Assembly (NCBI GenBank): GCA_951406725.2
Contig: OX597824.1
Span: forward strand, 37,262,001-37,326,000
Reading direction: 5' to 3'
DNA length: 64,000 nt
From: Octopus vulgaris
Lineage: Eukaryota
Positions 59,970-64,000 of the stretch are shown piece after piece (the first letter of the stretch is position 1; each line of letters starts with the position of its first letter). Position numbers and translations under genes: made by a program. The notes beneath the pieces are model-generated. The model searched no databases. It worked only from the letters and a program-made list of their open reading frames with translations, and was not told the DNA's origin.

Positions 59970-62029
59970 CGCATGTGTATGTTTGAGTATATAATATATA
60001 TACGCATATATATGTTTGAGTTTATAATATATATATATATATATATATATACATATGTGCGTGTGTGTGTTAGACCATTTGAAACCGGATTTTATTTTCA
60101 ATTCAAGTTGAACAACTTTTTTAAAGACAGTGTATGTACCATTAAAATTGACCAAGACGAAGAAGAAAACAGTTGAATATCTCTTTCGTATCAAAACATT
60201 GTGTTTGCTGTCAATAATTTTAATTTAAAAGTAGTTTACGTTCAACAACAAAAGGAAAAAAAATTACAAAATGACACAAAAGAAGCCAGAACAACAGATT
60301 TAATGATAATATAGTCGAGGTCAGTGGAGATTTTAGAGCAGCGGGGGATATTAATCGATTTAGTTTATAATCTCTTTAGCCTCAACACTCATTATTATTA
60401 TTATTATTATTATTAAAAAATAGAAAGGATTATTATTATTATCTTGCCATGAATCCAACTAATAAATAAATAAATTACTTAAATATATTTATGTCTGTCT
60501 GTGACTGTATAAAGGAGTGCACATTTCTGGCAATGATCATCATATCCTAACTATTTCATGCCTCACCTTGATTCCTCTCCCAAGGGCGTTGAGATCTTCA
60601 TTTTATTACTTCACTTTACTGAAGAATTTGTATTGACGAATCCAAATCAATTTCTTAAAAAAAAAACCCCCCAAAAAAAGATCTCCCCCATCTTTATCAA
60701 TCTCTATTCCACTTCATTCACATTTACACGTTAGCACACAGACACACATACACGCGTGTATGTGCGTGTAATTTTATAAGCTTTCTTCTGATTCTGGTTG
60801 TTTAAACATCTAAAAACACTCAAAGAATTTATATTCTGTCGTTTTTTTAATAATAAATACTGTTTGGGTCTTTTGAACGTATTCTAATGATTTAGTTTTA
60901 ATTTCATACGCAGTTGAAATCCAGTCATTATTGTTATTTGTGAATTAGTCACATTCTACTGTTGCTACGTTACTATATATATATATATATATATATGTGC
61001 ATACATACATACATACATATATAGATACTGTTATCAGTTTGTCGATAAAGATAAAATACAAAAGCTTGTTTCATGTTTAAGACAACCAACTCCCTTCTTT
61101 CCCACCACCTGGCCCTACTCAATTACATGTCTCTCTCTCTCTCACACATTTAGACATTGACATACTTGCACACGTGCTTGGTTCTTCACACTTCTATCAC
61201 TGCATATCTCAAGACTTGATGAGTTCCTCGCAACAACTATTACTAATACATATTGGCGAGATTAGAGGTTAGAGACGTGTGGAATGGTTGCTGGAATATA
61301 TCTTAAGAATATGTTAATATTTACTCGTTTAATTCGTTTACTGTGTATACAATAATATAAATAAATAAATATATATCATGAGAGTCAGGACAAAGAAATG
61401 ACTATCCTTCTCTCATTTATGTAATAAAGGAGTGCTGTACCTCCTGCTTAACATGCTGTTCAGGTTACTTCTAAAATAGATACAGCAGGGTTACCAGTCG
61501 TTAGAAGCATCAGAGTAACATAATTTAGTTTCGGCCAAACTATGTAGGGATGAATCGTTTTCCTCTCCATCTTTCTGCCATCACTGTAATGCGTTTTAGC
61601 TACACAAGCAGATTGAATAAGCTTGTTCAAAAAATGGGATTTATATTCCGTCAAAATAAAAACCATTAGAGTAATTTAAATATTTAGAAAATGTGTTTCC
61701 GTCAGTCCCGATGCTGTACCTCTTTTGCAGTTTGTTTTCTGGCGCCATGCAAATAAATATTATTATTTTTTTTTTTTTATGTAAGATATCATTTAGATAA
61801 TATGGTGAATATTTTCTGCAGTTGTTTTTTGGTGTCAGGTTTAATAGGGTCTTATAAATCAGCCATACAATTGAAAGACTGGAATGTAAATTTAGTGAAG
61901 ACTTAGGTTTCAGTAAATAGGAAAGAAGACAGGACTTTGGTGTAATCAAGAAAATGGCCTTGCGCAATCTGCAGAAAAGGTGTAGGCATAAACTCTATAT
62001 GTTGTACTCAGTGTAAGTTTGGACACGAG

Positions 62030-62600
62030 GGATGTAGTGGAACAATAGGCAGACGGAGAATATAAGCTTCATATGTGATAGGTGCACTGGAGGAGGTTAC
62101 CTTAAATGCTTGGAATGGCTCACTAGAAGTAGCCCAAAACTTCTATCTTGGAGACATAATTTGCAGGGGGAGGTGGTTACTCAGAAAGTATAGTCACCAA
62201 AGGTCTTCTTCCTCAGATTGTATGACACTTGTGTTAGGACTGCGATTCTGCTTGGTAGTGAGATATGAGTCAAAGACCAGAAATGAATGAAGCCAGCATG
62301 TTCCAATGGCAGAGTATTAGCAGGCATGAACACCTAAGTACAAATGGGGGCCTACGAGAAATCAGGTGTAGTGTACTAGATAGAAGGCTATACTAATACA
62401 GGTATGTGATGTTTATGGAGGATGATTGCTATGTAAGGAGGTGGGTTTTTCCATGTTAGTGGAACCTTTGGAAGAGGGAGACCAAGAAGGCTTGGTATAA
62501 GTTGTGAAGGCTGATCTGAACATGCAATATCTCAAGGAGATGAAACATGAGTGTACTGTCTGTTGACGTGGTGTTACAGAAGACCTGTCCATTCCTGGTT
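62030..62600 (+). mobile_element. Old degenerate copy of the PHD-containing RTE family
   Basis: AGCTTCATATGTGATAGGTGCAC, CTAGAAGTAG and AGATTGTATGA are colinear with 49380-50030. Confidence 0.7.
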
Positions 62601-63294
62601 AAATGCTCATTAACACAAGTTATGATTAAGAGGCTGTAAAATATATTCATACACTGCTTTTTACCAAACCTTGCCACCCCATCAATTGACATTTCTCTCT
62701 ACCTCTGTGACTCCTATCTCTTCATTACTCACAGCACATTCTCTCTTGGGTTACCTCTTACTTTTAATCTACTAAGCTGCCCTTACACCTCTAGGATGCC
62801 CTCTAACCTTCCTTTCTCTTGCTTCACCCAACCACTATTTCTCCATAACCCTCTCTTAACTCCCCATCATCTGCTCTTCCTTTCACTCACCTCCTTTTCT
62901 TTCATTGCTTCTCTGTCTCCTCAAAATCCCTTCTTACCTTCCCCCTCCCTCTGACCTACCCCTCATACCCATCTTTCTTTGAATGATTCTGTCTGGATCC
63001 CTCTCCACCCTAGTTTATTGCTCTCTTCCTGTACTCTTTCCATTACACCTTTCCATATTCAGCCCTTTTAGTAGTGGACAGCTCTAGACACACCTCTTTA
63101 CACTATCCACTCTATCACCCTTTTTTTTTTCAATAATCCCTGTCACTAATCCCCTTCCCTTCAGCTCTGATCCCTACTATAGTCACTCCCCTCCATCTCT
63201 TTCTCTCATTCTTCTGCCTAGAGTCATCACTCGCTTCCTTTTCTGTTCTACCTCAGTTATAGGGGTCACTAGCCTTGTAAGTTTCAAGGCTGTC

Positions 63295-63475
63295 CTAACT
63301 CCTGCTGGTGCCATGCACAAAGTACCCAGTAAACTTTGGTTGGCATTAAGAAGGGCATCCAAGCTGTAGAAACCATACCAAAGAAGGACATTGGAACCTA
63401 GTGCAGTTCTCTGACCATCGAATTCTGTCAAATCATCCAGCCCATGGCAACATGGAATCAGTAATTAAATGATTA
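63295..63475 (+). mobile_element. RTE-related 3' tail fragment
   Basis: GGTTGGCATTAAGAAGGGCATCCAAGCTGTAGAAAC matches 50478-50512. Confidence 0.75.
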
Positions 63476-63915
63476 TAATTGTGATCTTCAAGTATTTAAA
63501 TAAGTTGCAAATGTTATTTGATAACATCTCGTTATCCACAAAATTGCCTCTGTAGCAGTAATGTAATATGTTTAAAAACTTCAGAAAAGCTACAAACATA
63601 AGCAATTGTTATATTACTGTACTTAAAATATCATCTTACTTAAGACAAACTTAAGATGAAAAACAATAGTTAGGTGTTGATATAGTTAATATAGTAAGCT
63701 ATCTGCATTAAGTTTGTTAATGGTTGATATACTTTCTTAAGTATAAGGCCAACCTTATAAGGGGTTCATAACATCATTGATTCTCAATTATCGATTTCAG
63801 ATGGATAATATACAAAGTTAATCCTGATGCTATTTGAATTCAAAGAGACTAAAAATGTTGTATATTCTGCCAACTTTTGGTTTATGCTAATATAATCTAT
63901 GGTTACCCTGTTTAA

Positions 63916-64000
63916 CCCTTTAGTGTTCGCATTATACTGCCAATTAATGCTTTTGCATCCACATTGTTTTGAACTAATCATGCTTTATCTTGTAGCTATG
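63916..64000 (+). mobile_element. Probable piggyBac-type MITE left end running off the window
   Basis: TTAA|CCCTTTAG terminus. Confidence 0.45.

Overview
Eukaryotic, AT-rich, repeat-dominated genomic DNA with no prokaryotic features. The SINE and LINE families and the dense (TA)n/(GATA)n/(CA)n microsatellites resemble an octopus (coleoid cephalopod) genome; this is an inference. I found no intact host protein-coding gene. Nearly all six-frame ORFs are decayed transposon fragments or microsatellite artefacts. Elements recognised: Tigger/pogo, mariner, Tc1-like, hAT-Charlie, Helitrons, a MITE family with 8-bp target-site duplications (TSDs), a piggyBac end, a Gypsy integrase, and RTE, R4/Dong, Tx1 and CR1 LINEs, plus three tRNA-derived SINE families. 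The main structure missing from the ORF track is a ~11.7-kb minus-strand EnSpm/CACTA element (43574-~55320). It has a decayed transposase and a second DUF4806-like gene of which five exons could be reconstructed by hand; LINEs and MITEs have inserted in its introns. Other points of interest: several hammerhead-ribozyme-like motifs, long fold-back palindromes bounded by (TA)n, a double-headed MITE with an 8-bp TSD, a ~300-bp duplication around a hAT element, and a candidate host exon ending in ATG|GT near 59.39 kb. Family assignments come from recognising motifs by eye, not from database searches.
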